From Selaginella moellendorffii (lineage: Eukaryota; Plantae; Lycopodiophyta): a stretch of DNA of 64,000 bases. Made by a program: the position numbers and the translations under genes. The stretch's first letter is position 1, and each line of letters starts with the position of its first letter. This document shows positions 25,150-38,073 of the stretch, one piece after another. A model generated the notes under the pieces. It searched no databases and was not told the DNA's origin. It saw nothing but the letters and a program-made list of their open reading frames with translations. The DNA lies in NCBI RefSeq assembly GCF_000143415.4, contig NW_003314343.1:789334-853333 (forward strand), written 5' to 3'.

Positions 25150-26000
25150 GGAGAGAGAAATGCCCTAAACCCTACCTGGGGGGTTTTAGAAGATTAAGTT
25201 CAAACATAACCATGGGTAAGTTTACCTTTAATCTTGGAAATTAACTAGCTCCAGGTAAATGTATAAAAGGATCTTTGGGGTGAATATGCTCACCGCGAGT
25301 GGATAATAATACATGCAGCGTTCACGTGGGAAAAGATGCTCTTTCCATCCATCGCGGCGAATATGCCCCGGACAACAAGAACAAGGCCTACTACTTGGCT
25401 TCTTGCTTATGGTATGGATTTCCAGCGACAGGATCTTGGCTTGTACGCGCCCATCATTATTCTCTCATGGGAGTGAGCTAATCGCGCTTAATTAACATCC
25501 CGCTAATCTAATGCGGCGCCGGGTCTACAGTCAATGGTCATGCTTTCTTCGTTGCCGCTGTCTCATTCTAGGTGTAAACATCCTCACAGCAAAGAGGATC
25601 CCTCTTGTTTTGGGCGAGAGATCAGTGCCAGAGGAATCGCTCGCCAGTATCGAGCAGAGAGGAGGAGAAGATCGAGAAGATCGAGGGAAAGAGGGTCTTT
25701 GTTTTTGTCGGTTCTCTCGACTTTGTGCAGTGGGCTCGCCGATCTAGGACAAAGGAGCGTCGTGGGCGATCTCGCCCGCGGTCCGGGCGTGGAATTGCTG
25801 TGGATTCCACTCGCGATCGGCGGGAGAGACGCGAGATAGGGGTTTCCAGTTCTTCCTTGTCATGATCTCGCGCTTCTTCTCTGTCGCTGGGATGCCACGC
25901 CCGCGAGATCCGAGGTTTGCTCTAGCTTGTCACCCAGAGACCAAGGCCGGACGAATTCCTCCTCGTCGATTCTCGATGGATTAGAGCAGGGACCCTCTCC

Positions 26001-26003
<3 letters not shown>

Positions 26004-26038
<35 letters not shown>
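26004..26038. repeat. (CT)n microsatellite in 5' leader of the BT1 gene
   Basis: Seen directly. Confidence 0.95.
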
Positions 26039-26041
<3 letters not shown>

Positions 26042-26048
26042 TTCTCCA

Positions 26049-28138
26049 ATGGATCCAGCAGACGAGGAGAGATCCTTGGGAGTTGAGCTAGCATCGCCAG
26101 TGGAGGAGGAAGATCTGGGCGCTGCAAAGGCGAAGAGGGCGATGGGCCTGGTGGACTGGATTGGGCAGCTGCGCGCGGCATTTGGAGCCCCATTCCTGGC
26201 AGTGGTGATGATCGTGTATGGCGTCAACCAGGGATATGGCGAGAGCGTCAAGAACATGGCCATCAATTACTACTGGAAAGACGTCCAAAAGCTGCAGCCA
26301 TCGTCAACCCAGGCATTCCAGGCAAGCGGCGCAAATTCTCTCCTTTTCCATACCTTTTCTTCTTTCTTCTTTCTTCTTTCTTCCAGGCACTGTCGAGCTT
26401 GCCATGGGACATCAAGCCAATCTACGGCCTTATAACGGACACGTTTCCCATTGGCGGGTACAGCGTAACTTTTGTAGAGTTCTCGGGCTTGCCAAAGATC
26501 TCTTCTTAAAACTTTGTTCTTGGCAGCTACCGGCGATGGCCTTACTTGGCGACGTGCGGCATGGCCGGCAGCTTGTGCTTGTGGATGCTGGCGCTTCTTC
26601 CCACTCCATCGCCGCTGGTCGCGACGCTGCTCCTCGCCGGTGCCGCGCTGTGTACCGCCTTCCCGGACGTCGTCACCGACGCCGCAGTGGCACAGCACAG
26701 CCGAAACGTACCACACCTCGCCAGTGATTTGCAGGTAACCATTCTTCTCTCAGTGATTGCGAGTCGAGAACTTCGCCACCGTCACGGCTAGATCGAAGAA
26801 CTTTAAGGAGCTCGCTTGATCGTCTTGAGTTCTCGCAAAAAGATCCTGGAAGAGAACTTGAGTGGATTGATCGAGCGAAAAGTTACCAGCTAGGGAGAGA
26901 GAATTTACCACCATTTCTTGATCTTGATAGGAAGAGAGCTCCGCTACTGCCACCCTGAGATGATCTGATGCTGTTGTTTTGCACAGAGCTTGTCGTGGGG
27001 GAGCATGGCGATCGGTGGCCTCTCCGGGTGTGGGATTTCCGGGCCAGCCGTCCACTCCTTGGGTCCAAAGGGAGCTTTCCTCTTGATCTCCACGGCGCCT
27101 CTCATGCTCATCGTTGCAGCGTGGGCTCTTCCCGAGGACAAGCTCCCCAAGCAGCTCGCGGGGGCCAACTTCGCGGCACTGCTCCGCACGGTACACCTCT
27201 TCACCGCCACGGTCCGCAGCCCGAGCATCTGGAAGCCAGCCCTGTACATATACCTCTTCAGCGTGAACTCTCTCTTCCAGCCTTTCCACCTCCTTTTCTT
27301 TGTTTCGATCTCGCAATGCTGCTGCTCCTCCGTTGGTTCCTCACGTAGAATTCTCGTCGCTGCAGGGAGCTGTGTGTCCTGACATCTCGGAGGCAATGTT
27401 CTTCTGGATGACGGACTCCAAACACGGGCCCGGCTTCAGCGAGAACTTCCTCGGCCTCGTCAGTGCAATCGGCTACGTCGCCATGGTCTGTGGGATCCTG
27501 CTCTACAACACCTGCTTTCGATTCTACTCGTTCCGGACGATGTTCAAGTGGACTCAGGTAACTCGATCGCGAGCGAGCTTCTCTCGCCACCTTGAACGTT
27601 TGCTTCCCAGGTTGCAGTCTGCCTCGTCAGTCTCCCAGACATTGCTCTCGTCACGAGATACAACTTGAAGCTCGGTGTTCCAGACCATTTTTTCGTGCTC
27701 GGTGACAAGGCGCTGTCGAGCGTCATCTTCAAGCTGCAGCTGATGCCAATGCTGGTGCTCTCGGCCAAACTTTGCCCGCCGGGAGTGGAGGGAACAGTGT
27801 TTGCCTTTCTCATGTCCGTGTCCAATCTCGGAGGTACCACTGCTTCCTGGCTTGGCGCTTGGCTCCTCAGGCTCTTCCACGTCAAGAAGGACGACTACAC
27901 CAATCTGTGGCTGGCCGTGGTGGTGAGAAGCATCATGAGATTGTTGCCATTGATCTTCCTCACGGCTCTTGTCCCGGACGGTGGCCCCGACACGCTCGTT
28001 GATAATGGTCCTGCTTTGCAAGTGGTAGCTTCAAATCAGGACGAGAGTGAGGCTCAAGATGATCTTGTAGAAATGAAGAAGTTGGCCAAAGGAGTTGAGC
28101 TTGGACAAGAGAGCCAGCTTCTCATCCAAAGCTTGTAA
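26049..28138 (+). CDS. BT1-family folate/biopterin transporter (MFS), multi-exon
   Basis: VYGVNQGYGESVKNMAINYYWKDVQKLQPS; LPWDIKPIYGLITDTFPIGGY..RRWPY; AFPDVVTDAAVA; VLSAKLCPPGVEGTVFAFLMSVSNLG. Confidence 0.9.
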
Positions 28139-28493
28139 CTCAAAATTGTGGAATGTATAACAAGAAATAATTTGCTACAACAGAAAAAAAGAGGTCATAA
28201 AGTATTTTTGTGATTGTAAACTTACTTGAAATTCTCACTTTCATTCGCGAACATTATAATATATATTTCGACGAAACCTGTGAGATTGGTTAGTAACATA
28301 TTAACTCACGAATGCAACGCACCTGAGTATCCCCGTTGGCGGTCTCTTCTCGTGTCTGGACCAGATGAGAAAGTTTGGAACTCCAATCTTACGTTATAAG
28401 GCAATATAGCTCTTCCTTTAATCAATCGTAAAAGCCGAAATTTGCCGGCAATTGTTGCAACAACCTGCATGCATCCATGCAGGCTCGTTAGCG

Positions 28494-30505
28494 TCAGAAA
28501 TTTGAGCAAGCTTGCCTGCTTTGCGCGTACACCGGAGCAAACATGGCAGTCAGAGGTGCATGGTCGGACAAAGAGTAGTTGTCGGGCCATGTCCCCTGCT
28601 CCACTTCCGGGGGATGAAACGATGCGTGTCTCACGTCAAGCTCAGGACTCGACTCCACCAGGCAAGGATGATGATCCGGCTCTTCAGGCTGAGCAAACTC
28701 CCAGGAGCTTTTTCTTATTTCCGTTTGGAAGATTCTCTTCGACCAGCTGCCAAGGCTGCTTCCGTTGTTGCAGTCGAAAGTATTGTCAAACGCGAGACTC
28801 TCCTGAAATATAGACTTCATAAGACTTTTCTAAGTTGAGTGACATACGTACTTGAAATTCGTCGTAGTCAATGACGCCGTTGCCATCAAAGTCTGCAGAT
28901 TTTATCAGTTCCTCAATCTCATCTCTTGAGAGCCCTTCCAAGTCCTCCTTCGTCAGCTCAAGCTGCGATTTCTTTGTTAGATACGCAAGTTAGAACTGCA
29001 TGCAGACCTACCCGTCTTAGAGTCGCATGGAAATCTTCATACGTCAAGCATTCATCGCATTCGTTCTGCTGGAAAAAACAAAACGCGTCTCTTCCTTGTT
29101 TGCCGTGTTCACGGAGAAGTTTTGACTGTCACAGGAAAAGAGAAAAACAAGTGAAAATGAAAAAGCACTTTCGTATGGACATACTTTAATGATACCGAAT
29201 ACAGCGCTTTTCCAGTTTTCTCTCAGCGACCCTGTACTTTTGCTGGGATTGAGCAACCATATAAAATCGACTCCACAAATATTGCCCCGGTGATTACGAT
29301 GACTCACCCACTGAGAAAAAAATATGTCAAAAACGTCTAGTGGTGTGGACTCCTTACCCGATGCGCATCAGCTTCACAATCCGAATATTGGTGAGCAACA
29401 TCGTACGATGACACAAACCCTTGCGACCGCAGGAACTTGTACACCTGGCCCCTTTTGCTCCCGTTCCAGTCCCTGAAAAAAATCATATGTAACGTGCTGG
29501 AAGATGTGGGATAGCTTGACTAACCCGCAGAGTAAAACTGGCGCATGCGATAGATTGTGGTCATCTTTGTACTGCTCCAAATACTTGAGGATCTTGTAAA
29601 CCTGCTCGCCACGAATTGGTCAGCTAGCTAGTCACAAAGCACACCAAACTCATACCTGACGCAGCCGCACCAGACAAAAGTTGGAGTTGTGCGGGAATAT
29701 GAGATGAGTATTGACAAGAAGAACTTCTTGTTGTCCAGCTACGTGCAAGCAGTCTCTGTACATTGGAATGTTTGATTGGAGGCGTAGAAACTGGGCAACA
29801 CGGTCACCGCAATCGTGAAACTGCAGCTCCTGATAGTCCATCACCCGTAAGACGTCTCTTTTTACAGCAGTGAAGAGCCCTGGAAAGCTAACAGCACTTC
29901 CATATGAATGGAAAGGAGACAAAGAAATGAAACACACGTACCATCACCGCGTCCGTTTGGCCTAGCAAGTTTTCGCATGTCATACCCCGCTGCTCCTAAA
30001 GTTTTCTCATACAACTCAACTAGCTCTTCGTTTCCCGTCCAAAATTCCTAGCGAAGAACAAGACACAGAATAAAAAGATAATGATCGATCTTGTTGCTTT
30101 ACCTGCAAGCAAATTGCCGACGATTTCCCTTTCAGAAGCATGTCCAGTATCCTCCGATTCCTGTCCAGCCAGACCTCTCGAGATTGGCTCTCGCGACATT
30201 CCTGCAAAAATATTTCCTTGCTAAGACCACGATAAAAATTCTTGGAGCCAAAGAATTTTCGTTACCTCTCCATTGACGCGCTTGTAAATCGGTGCCAAAA
30301 TGTTGAAAGTAGTGCACGAGAAGGACGTGTTCACCGCGCTAGAAGCCGCTTCGTCCTTGAAACAGACAGCGCGACCGGCTTCCCTCCACGATCTCTTCCT
30401 CTTCAAATCGCCCGAGGATGCCAAGTCCCACGGCGCTTGGCACAGCATGGTATTTCGAGCCGCGGAGGACTGATTCGCCGACGAGAAATCGTGAAGAACG
30501 GGCAT
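28494..30505 (-). CDS. Calcium-binding (EF-hand) endonuclease/exonuclease/phosphatase (EEP, CCR4-like) family protein, multi-exon; start codon uncertain
   Basis: SCTTFNILAPIYKR; SSAICLQ|EFW; RPNGRGDG; FHDCGDRVAQ; LLVNTHLIFPH; VSHRNHRGNICGVDFIWL; EF-hand ADFDGNGVIDYDEF; WPDNYSLSDHAPLT. Confidence 0.88.
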
Positions 30506-30945
30506 TCTCAGACCTGGCGGGCGATCCAAGCCGAGCGGCTGTGAGCTGATCGGAGGATCGAAGAAGAGGAGGAAGAAAAAAAAAAGAACCGGAGAAATCC
30601 CTGTGCGAGATTCCTTGCGCTCATTGCGAAACAATGGACAACGCGCAATGGAATCGCCAAATCCTCGCCCTGGCCGCGCCTTCCACACGAATCCTCTGAC
30701 CAAACTCCACCATGGAATGGAAACCCTACAAAATTCCCACACACACACGATCGATATTTCTTTTCTTCGTTTGCCGCACACGTCCGCGTCACCGCAAGGA
30801 GGAGGAGAGAATATCCCATCGGCACAAACGCGCCAATTGGCTGGATCAAACGGACGGCGCGGATGCGCGAGCGGAGATCCCAGCCGTCAAACCTAGGGCT
30901 CCTCCGTAAAAAGGGGATTTGGCGGGGCGCAATCTCCGTGCCAAG

Positions 30946-31359
30946 ATGTGTGATCAGCACCGGCAGGAGATCGATGCGGAGCTGCAGCGGCGAAAATCTC
31001 TGGGCTGCGATGGCGAGGAGGTGGAATCGGCGGCGTCGTCGGAGAAAATCTGCCACTGCCGCCCGTTTTGCAATTGTCACTGCCAGCTCCACGCCTGCGG
31101 CTGCGCTTGCGGATGCTCTTGCTTTTGCGTGTGCCACTGCCGCTGCCCGACGTGCCACTGCCCCTCTTGCAATTGCCAATCCAGGAATGGATGCCACTGC
31201 AAATGCCACTGCGTTTGCCTGTGCTTTTGTAGTGGCCGCGAGAGGAGCATGAGGAACACCAACAAGCGGCGCTGCAAGATCTGTCGCTGCGATCCAATCA
31301 CGCTCTACAAGCCCACCAATGTGAATTCCTACGCGCGGCAGCACAGCTCCAGTTCGTGA
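30946..31359 (+). CDS. Intronless cysteine-rich (CxC-repeat) orphan protein, metallothionein-like composition
   Basis: 137-aa ORF from ATG 30946 with about 30 Cys. Alternating TGC/TGT codons keep T-G fixed while spacer codons vary freely. Confidence 0.55.
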   Translation: MCDQHRQEIDAELQRRKSLGCDGEEVESAASSEKICHCRPFCNCHCQLHACGCACGCSCFCVCHCRCPTCHCPSCNCQSRNGCHCKCHCVCLCFCSGRERSMRNTNKRRCKICRCDPITLYKPTNVNSYARQHSSSS

Positions 31360-31997
31360 TCCTCCAATAGATCGATCGATCGAACGACATTTTGTTCCTA
31401 GTTTTTGTAAAAAATGGAGTTTTTGGATCAAACAAAGCTTGAGAAAGACACTATTTTCCTAGTTTCTTCTTCTAGGGTTGGAAGAAATCGTGCAGAATGG
31501 AGAGCTCCGGCGAGGTAAGTGGCGATGCTGGCGGCGATCCTTTGCAAATTTCTCCACTTTCCAGGCAGAAGAGAGGAGATTAGCGGCGGCGCACGCATTG
31601 ACGCACTACTCTCCATTCGCCATGACTTGCATCGGCGAGAGCGTTACTCCCAGCCAGCTGAGACTCCATCTCCTCCAGGTATGGTTTCTCCAAAAGTTTC
31701 TCCCAGGATGATCTTCCATCTCTTCCACGATCTCAGGAACTCTCAGGAATGCCATCGACTTTGAAGACCCCCGGCCCCTCGGAGATCCGCAACGCCCAGA
31801 GGGTCACCACTCCAGTAGAGTTTCCCCCGCGAGAAGAAGAAAGAGTCAAGAATTGAAGATCTCTTCCATGCCAAAATCTCTTTTTGCAAAGCTTCCGGAT
31901 CGAGATCGCGCCTAGCTATGGCCTGGAGCTCGCCATGACTTCTCTTCCATGCCAAAATCGTTTTTTTGCAGAGCCCCTGGATCGAGATCGAGCTCAG

Positions 31998-34814
31998 CTA
32001 TGGCCTGGAGCTCGGCATGACGATACTATCGTCCCTCCTAAACCCCGCCGCCACCTTTCCGAGCACGAACTCCACCCCTTGATGCGCATTCTCCACCGCC
32101 TTGGACACCCGGATCCACCGCTCGCCGTGCTTCGGCTCCGCCGCCTTGCATCTCTCCACCACCTCCTCGATCGCCTCCGCGCTCCCGTGCTCCTGCTCGA
32201 ACCGATACAGCACCGCCCAAAAGTCCCCGATATCCGGCGCCGCAGCCACTGCCCGCTTGATCCAGCTCCTCGCCTTGTCAACCTTGCGGTCCTGCCAGAA
32301 GAACTTCCCCACCACCGCCACCACGAACGGATCCTGCTCGCTGTTCTTCACCGCATCGAAGCTCCTGGCCTTCCTCTGCGCCCGCGGTGCCATCTCCGCG
32401 CTCGCGGCCCACAGGATCCCGCTCCTCCGGCACTCCTGGAGCGCTTTCGCCATGAGCGCCTCCGCCTCCTTCCACTTCCCCGCCCGCGCCTCCGCTCGAA
32501 TCGCCGCCAGCCACAGCTCCGGATCCTCCTTCTTCTTGAGCCGCGCCGTCGTGAGCAGCGCCCTCGCCTTCGCGATCCCGCCACCTTTCTCTTCGAGCTC
32601 CGCCGCCGCCAGCCACACCGGCGTGCTCGTCGCTGGATCACACCTCTCCAGCGCTCGCTCGTACACGCTCCTCGCGGCGGCGAGGTTCCCAGTTCTCTCC
32701 TCGAGCTGCCCGAGCATCAGCCACAGCTTGTGGAATCCCGGGAAGCGCTTGAGCCCCTCCTCGAGCAGCCGCCTTTCCTCCGCCACCTTTCCCAGCTCCC
32801 GCTCCACCATCGCCGACTTCATCCACACTCTCTCCGAGCAGCCACCGCGCTCCCTCGCCTTGGCCAGCAAGATCCTGGCCCTCTCCGGCTCGCGGCTCTC
32901 AAACTCGAGCTTGAACGCCGCCAGCCAGATCTCCTCGGACTCCGGGATCGCAACGTATGCCGCCGTGAGGATCGCTCGAGCGCCATCGATGTCTCCCGCT
33001 AGCCACTTCTCCTTGGCTCCCAAGAGCCACAACACCTCGGCCTTTGGACAGCACCCCACAGCGCGCTCCAGCAGCGAGTCCACCGCTTCCCTCGATCCAT
33101 GGCCCTTCTCCAGCAGCGCCGCCTTGATCCACACGCTCTTCTTCCCAGGAAACTCTTCCAGCGCGCGAGTAAAGATCGCCCTCGCGGTCGCGACCGATCC
33201 CCTCTTGAGACACTCCTCCGCGTCCGCCACCAACGTCCTCTTCTTGTCCTCCTCCTCCACGCCCAACCCGATCGTCCTCCTCACGATCGCCGCGCAAGTC
33301 ACCGCCGCCGCCGCTCTCTCCGCCGCCTCCGCCTCCTTCATCCAGTACTCGCGGTCGATCACCACCCCGAGCCTCTCCAGCGACCGTATAGCGCGGTCGA
33401 TGATCTCTGCCACGCGAGAGCCATTCCCCGCCGCCTCCTCGAGCTTGGCTGCCGCGATCCAGATCACGGGCTCGGTTGGCAGCGCGTCGCGAGCTCGGTT
33501 GAGCACCACCCTCGCCTTGTCGTAAGTCTCCAGCCTCGCCAGCGCCAGCCATAGCTCCACGTGGTGGCGGCAGCACTCGGTGGCGCGGCCCAGCAAGATC
33601 CTCGCCTCCTCCTCGCTCGCCAGCTCCACCACCGCCTTCCACAGCCGCACCGAGTCGGGTATAAACTCGAGCCCCTTGCGAAGAACGCGGCTCTTAGCGG
33701 CGCTCTCCTCCTCAAGCCCCGCCGCCGCCATCCACAGCTTCACCGACGTGGGGATCGCCTTCACTGCCGCGGAGATCACTCCCTTGGCGGCGGCGCCGCT
33801 CGTCAGCCTGCATGCCTCGAGCCACACGTCTTCGTTCTTCGGACACTCCTGGCACCCCTGGTGGATGACGCTCCGCGCGGCGGTGATCTTCCCCGCCACC
33901 TCCTCCAGCCGCGCCGCCGCCATCCACCCCGGCGCGTGCTTTGGATTGGTCTGGATCACGGACTTGAGCAGCAGGCGCGCCTTCTTCATGTCGGAGATCT
34001 CCGCGTCGCTGGTGATCTTCATGCTCTTGAGATCGGTGAGGTAGCCTCGGGGATCCACGACCGTGAGCCCACTGACCGAGTCGGACAAGCGATCCAGCTT
34101 GAGCGAGAGAACCGTGCCGCGTCCCTCGCCCACGGCTGTGAGGCTGCTGATGTTACTACTAGCGGCGCCGCCAACCACGGTAGCGCCGCCACCACCCTGG
34201 TCCAGGACCGTGTTACGCTCCTTTTGGGCCTTCTCAAGGAGTGTGTCCGGCGGAGGAACATAGCTTTCAAACCGCGCCTTCTTCTTCCGCCGCGACAGAT
34301 TCGTCGCGTCGGGGATCTTCTCCCACTCTTGCGGGGGCAGCTCCACCAGAGTTCTCGTCACGTCCGCCAGGAGCTCCTTGATCGTGGGAGTGCTCTCGCG
34401 GCGCTGCTCGATCGAGCGCTTGAGCCGCTCCTCCCGTCGCTCCTTCCGTCGCGAATCCATCCTGGCGGCGACGCTCTCATACACCGCGTCGGCCTCATCG
34501 TCGTCGGCGTCATACACACCTGTGGCAAACAGCCCCACATCGTTACCCTCGAACTCGTCAAACTCTTGGTTCTGGATTTGGCCATACCCGCTCACCTCGT
34601 GCTCATCTTCCTCATCCTCCGCCCCACCGCCGCCAATAGGCGGCGGCGCCGCTTTGCCCCTGCCCCGCCCAAAGCTGGTGGTGGTGGTCTCCGGCGCCGC
34701 TCTGGCGGGGCCGATATCCGATCGAGTGGTGAAACCGGTGGCGCCGCGGCCCAAGCCAGCGACGTAGCCGGGCGGCGCCTTCGCTGTGAGGAAATCCAAG
34801 CGCTTACCCCCCAT
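31998..34814 (-). CDS. PRP6: Pre-mRNA processing factor 6 (STABILIZED1-like; HAT/TPR repeats), intronless
   Basis: RLDFL...PPGYVAGLGRGATGFTTRSDIGPAR; LSLKLDRLSDSVSGLTVVDPRGYLTDLKSMKITSDAEISDMKKARLLLKSVIQTNPKH; C-terminal EPKHGERW; 938-aa ORF; TATA-like ttatataa at ~34841. Confidence 0.95.
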   Translation of the reverse strand: MGGKRLDFLTAKAPPGYVAGLGRGATGFTTRSDIGPARAAPETTTTSFGRGRGKAAPPPIGGGGAEDEEDEHEVSGYGQIQNQEFDEFEGNDVGLFATGVYDADDDEADAVYESVAARMDSRRKERREERLKRSIEQRRESTPTIKELLADVTRTLVELPPQEWEKIPDATNLSRRKKKARFESYVPPPDTLLEKAQKERNTVLDQGGGGATVVGGAASSNISSLTAVGEGRGTVLSLKLDRLSDSVSGLTVVDPRGYLTDLKSMKITSDAEISDMKKARLLLKSVIQTNPKHAPGWMAAARLEEVAGKITAARSVIHQGCQECPKNEDVWLEACRLTSGAAAKGVISAAVKAIPTSVKLWMAAAGLEEESAAKSRVLRKGLEFIPDSVRLWKAVVELASEEEARILLGRATECCRHHVELWLALARLETYDKARVVLNRARDALPTEPVIWIAAAKLEEAAGNGSRVAEIIDRAIRSLERLGVVIDREYWMKEAEAAERAAAAVTCAAIVRRTIGLGVEEEDKKRTLVADAEECLKRGSVATARAIFTRALEEFPGKKSVWIKAALLEKGHGSREAVDSLLERAVGCCPKAEVLWLLGAKEKWLAGDIDGARAILTAAYVAIPESEEIWLAAFKLEFESREPERARILLAKARERGGCSERVWMKSAMVERELGKVAEERRLLEEGLKRFPGFHKLWLMLGQLEERTGNLAAARSVYERALERCDPATSTPVWLAAAELEEKGGGIAKARALLTTARLKKKEDPELWLAAIRAEARAGKWKEAEALMAKALQECRRSGILWAASAEMAPRAQRKARSFDAVKNSEQDPFVVAVVGKFFWQDRKVDKARSWIKRAVAAAPDIGDFWAVLYRFEQEHGSAEAIEEVVERCKAAEPKHGERWIRVSKAVENAHQGVEFVLGKVAAGFRRDDSIVMPSSRP

Positions 34815-35144
34815 ACTTTGCCCTAATCTACTGAAGAGCTTATATAATGGAAAAGGAACCTTTTCTCCTTTTAGGGCATATAACTTAAAAGTATTACGAC
34901 CTTTTAGCCTCTTTTTGCCGTTTTAGGGCAGCTTTAAAGTAACCTAAAAGGCTGTCCTTTAAACAATCTTAGCCCAAAACATCGTTATTTTTAAGAAACT
35001 TTTAGTGAGACAAAACGCGAGAGCTTGGCATTGCCACTCTCGTAAGAAATAGTAACGAACGAAAAAGGATTAAAAGCTCGGAGTTTTTTGCTCGAGTACC
35101 TCCCGGTTCCTCCCTTTCGATCCGGGGAGAGACGCGCGCTCGCT

Positions 35145-36761
<1,617 letters not shown>

Positions 36762-37553
36762 CTGCGAGAGCAAGAATGCGTCAGATCTGGAAGATAGAAA
36801 TGCGCGACGCCAAGATCTAGGATATTTCGACGACCCTAAGCTCAAAAGCCGCAAGATTTGGAGAGATTGCGAGTGCTGAAACCCTGGATCTACATTCCAA
36901 TCGGGAGCTCACCTTGATAGCGCCGAGAGATCGAGAGAGATCTGAGCTGCGAGAGCGTCGAATGCCGCTGCCGCCGCCTTGGAAGAGCCTGAAAGAACGA
37001 GGTCGCTTCACTCCCGTGAAACCCTTTTTGTTATACTTCAATGGGCCCCGTCAGGACGAATTAGACACTGGCACGTGGCAAATCGCTGACTAGATGAGCT
37101 TACCTACCAAATCGAACAATGGGTCACTCGTTCAATTCCGTCCAACCGCATTCCATTGTTGACTGGTTGATAGTGTGGTTGAGTTTTAAATTAACAGTGC
37201 CATTTTGCTACAGATTTTTCGATCCTCTTCTTCAAAATTTATATTTGGGGACAAAGTGCAATTTTGCAGGATTATTTTATTGATAAAGAGATTCACCACT
37301 GTACTGTGTACTTTTACTGGCCACAATTTGTCCATTTCTAAATGTTCCACATAACTATGGGCTCAACTCCAACCTCTAGATTTCATAGTACATTATGGGA
37401 TCATAGTTGTGTTGCCCTTGCAGCTTCAAGAATCACATGTCACTAGCAATTATATTCAAATGTTTATGTAATATAACCATTAGAATTTTAACTTCAATTA
37501 ATATAAAAAATTAATGAGGCTCTCACTATCCCAATAAAAATAGATAATTCATA

Positions 37554-37598
<45 letters not shown>

Positions 37599-37741
37599 TA
37601 AAATAAGTTTTTCATCTAATATATCTTAATTGTCATTATTTTCTAGATAATTTTGTATATGTTAATATATTAATTGATATACTTATATACAAGAATGAAT
37701 GGACCAGATTCAATTCCAAATGAACAATCCATATGCTATAT

Positions 37742-37823
<82 letters not shown>
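37554..37823. repeat. (TA)n/(GA)n microsatellites (~37554-37593 and a long (TA)n at ~37745-37823)
   Basis: Seen directly; they mark the boundary between the conserved gene block and the repeat array. Confidence 0.95.
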
Positions 37824-37828
<5 letters not shown>

Positions 37829-38073
37829 TGTATTTATATCATGGAAAATGTATCCACAATAAGAATAAATCGTTAAGACTAAAGGAACAATCATTTCTGC
37901 TACTTACTTGAAATTCTGGAGGATACTTGCCACTCCTAAAAATTGCACTACCTCAAAATGCCACTTAGGTGTGCAAGCAAAGCAAAGACTAAGCACAAAG
38001 AGTTTTTCCTATGCTTTTTTAATTAGCTCCCCATGTTCCATCATCTCATCCATGGTATGCACGATTCAAGCTT

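Noticed and set aside
30508-31431. 307-aa minus-strand and 129-aa plus-strand Ala-rich ORFs
   Set aside because: By-products of the TGCNNN periodicity; the base-conservation pattern favours the Cys frame
31884-34826. Long plus-strand ORFs (372, 474, 421 aa) and alternate-frame ORFs over PRP6
   Set aside because: Antisense/shadow frames of a GC-rich intronless gene; no recognisable motifs
37674-37911. ORFs with YIYIYI runs
   Set aside because: Translation of a (TA)n microsatellite
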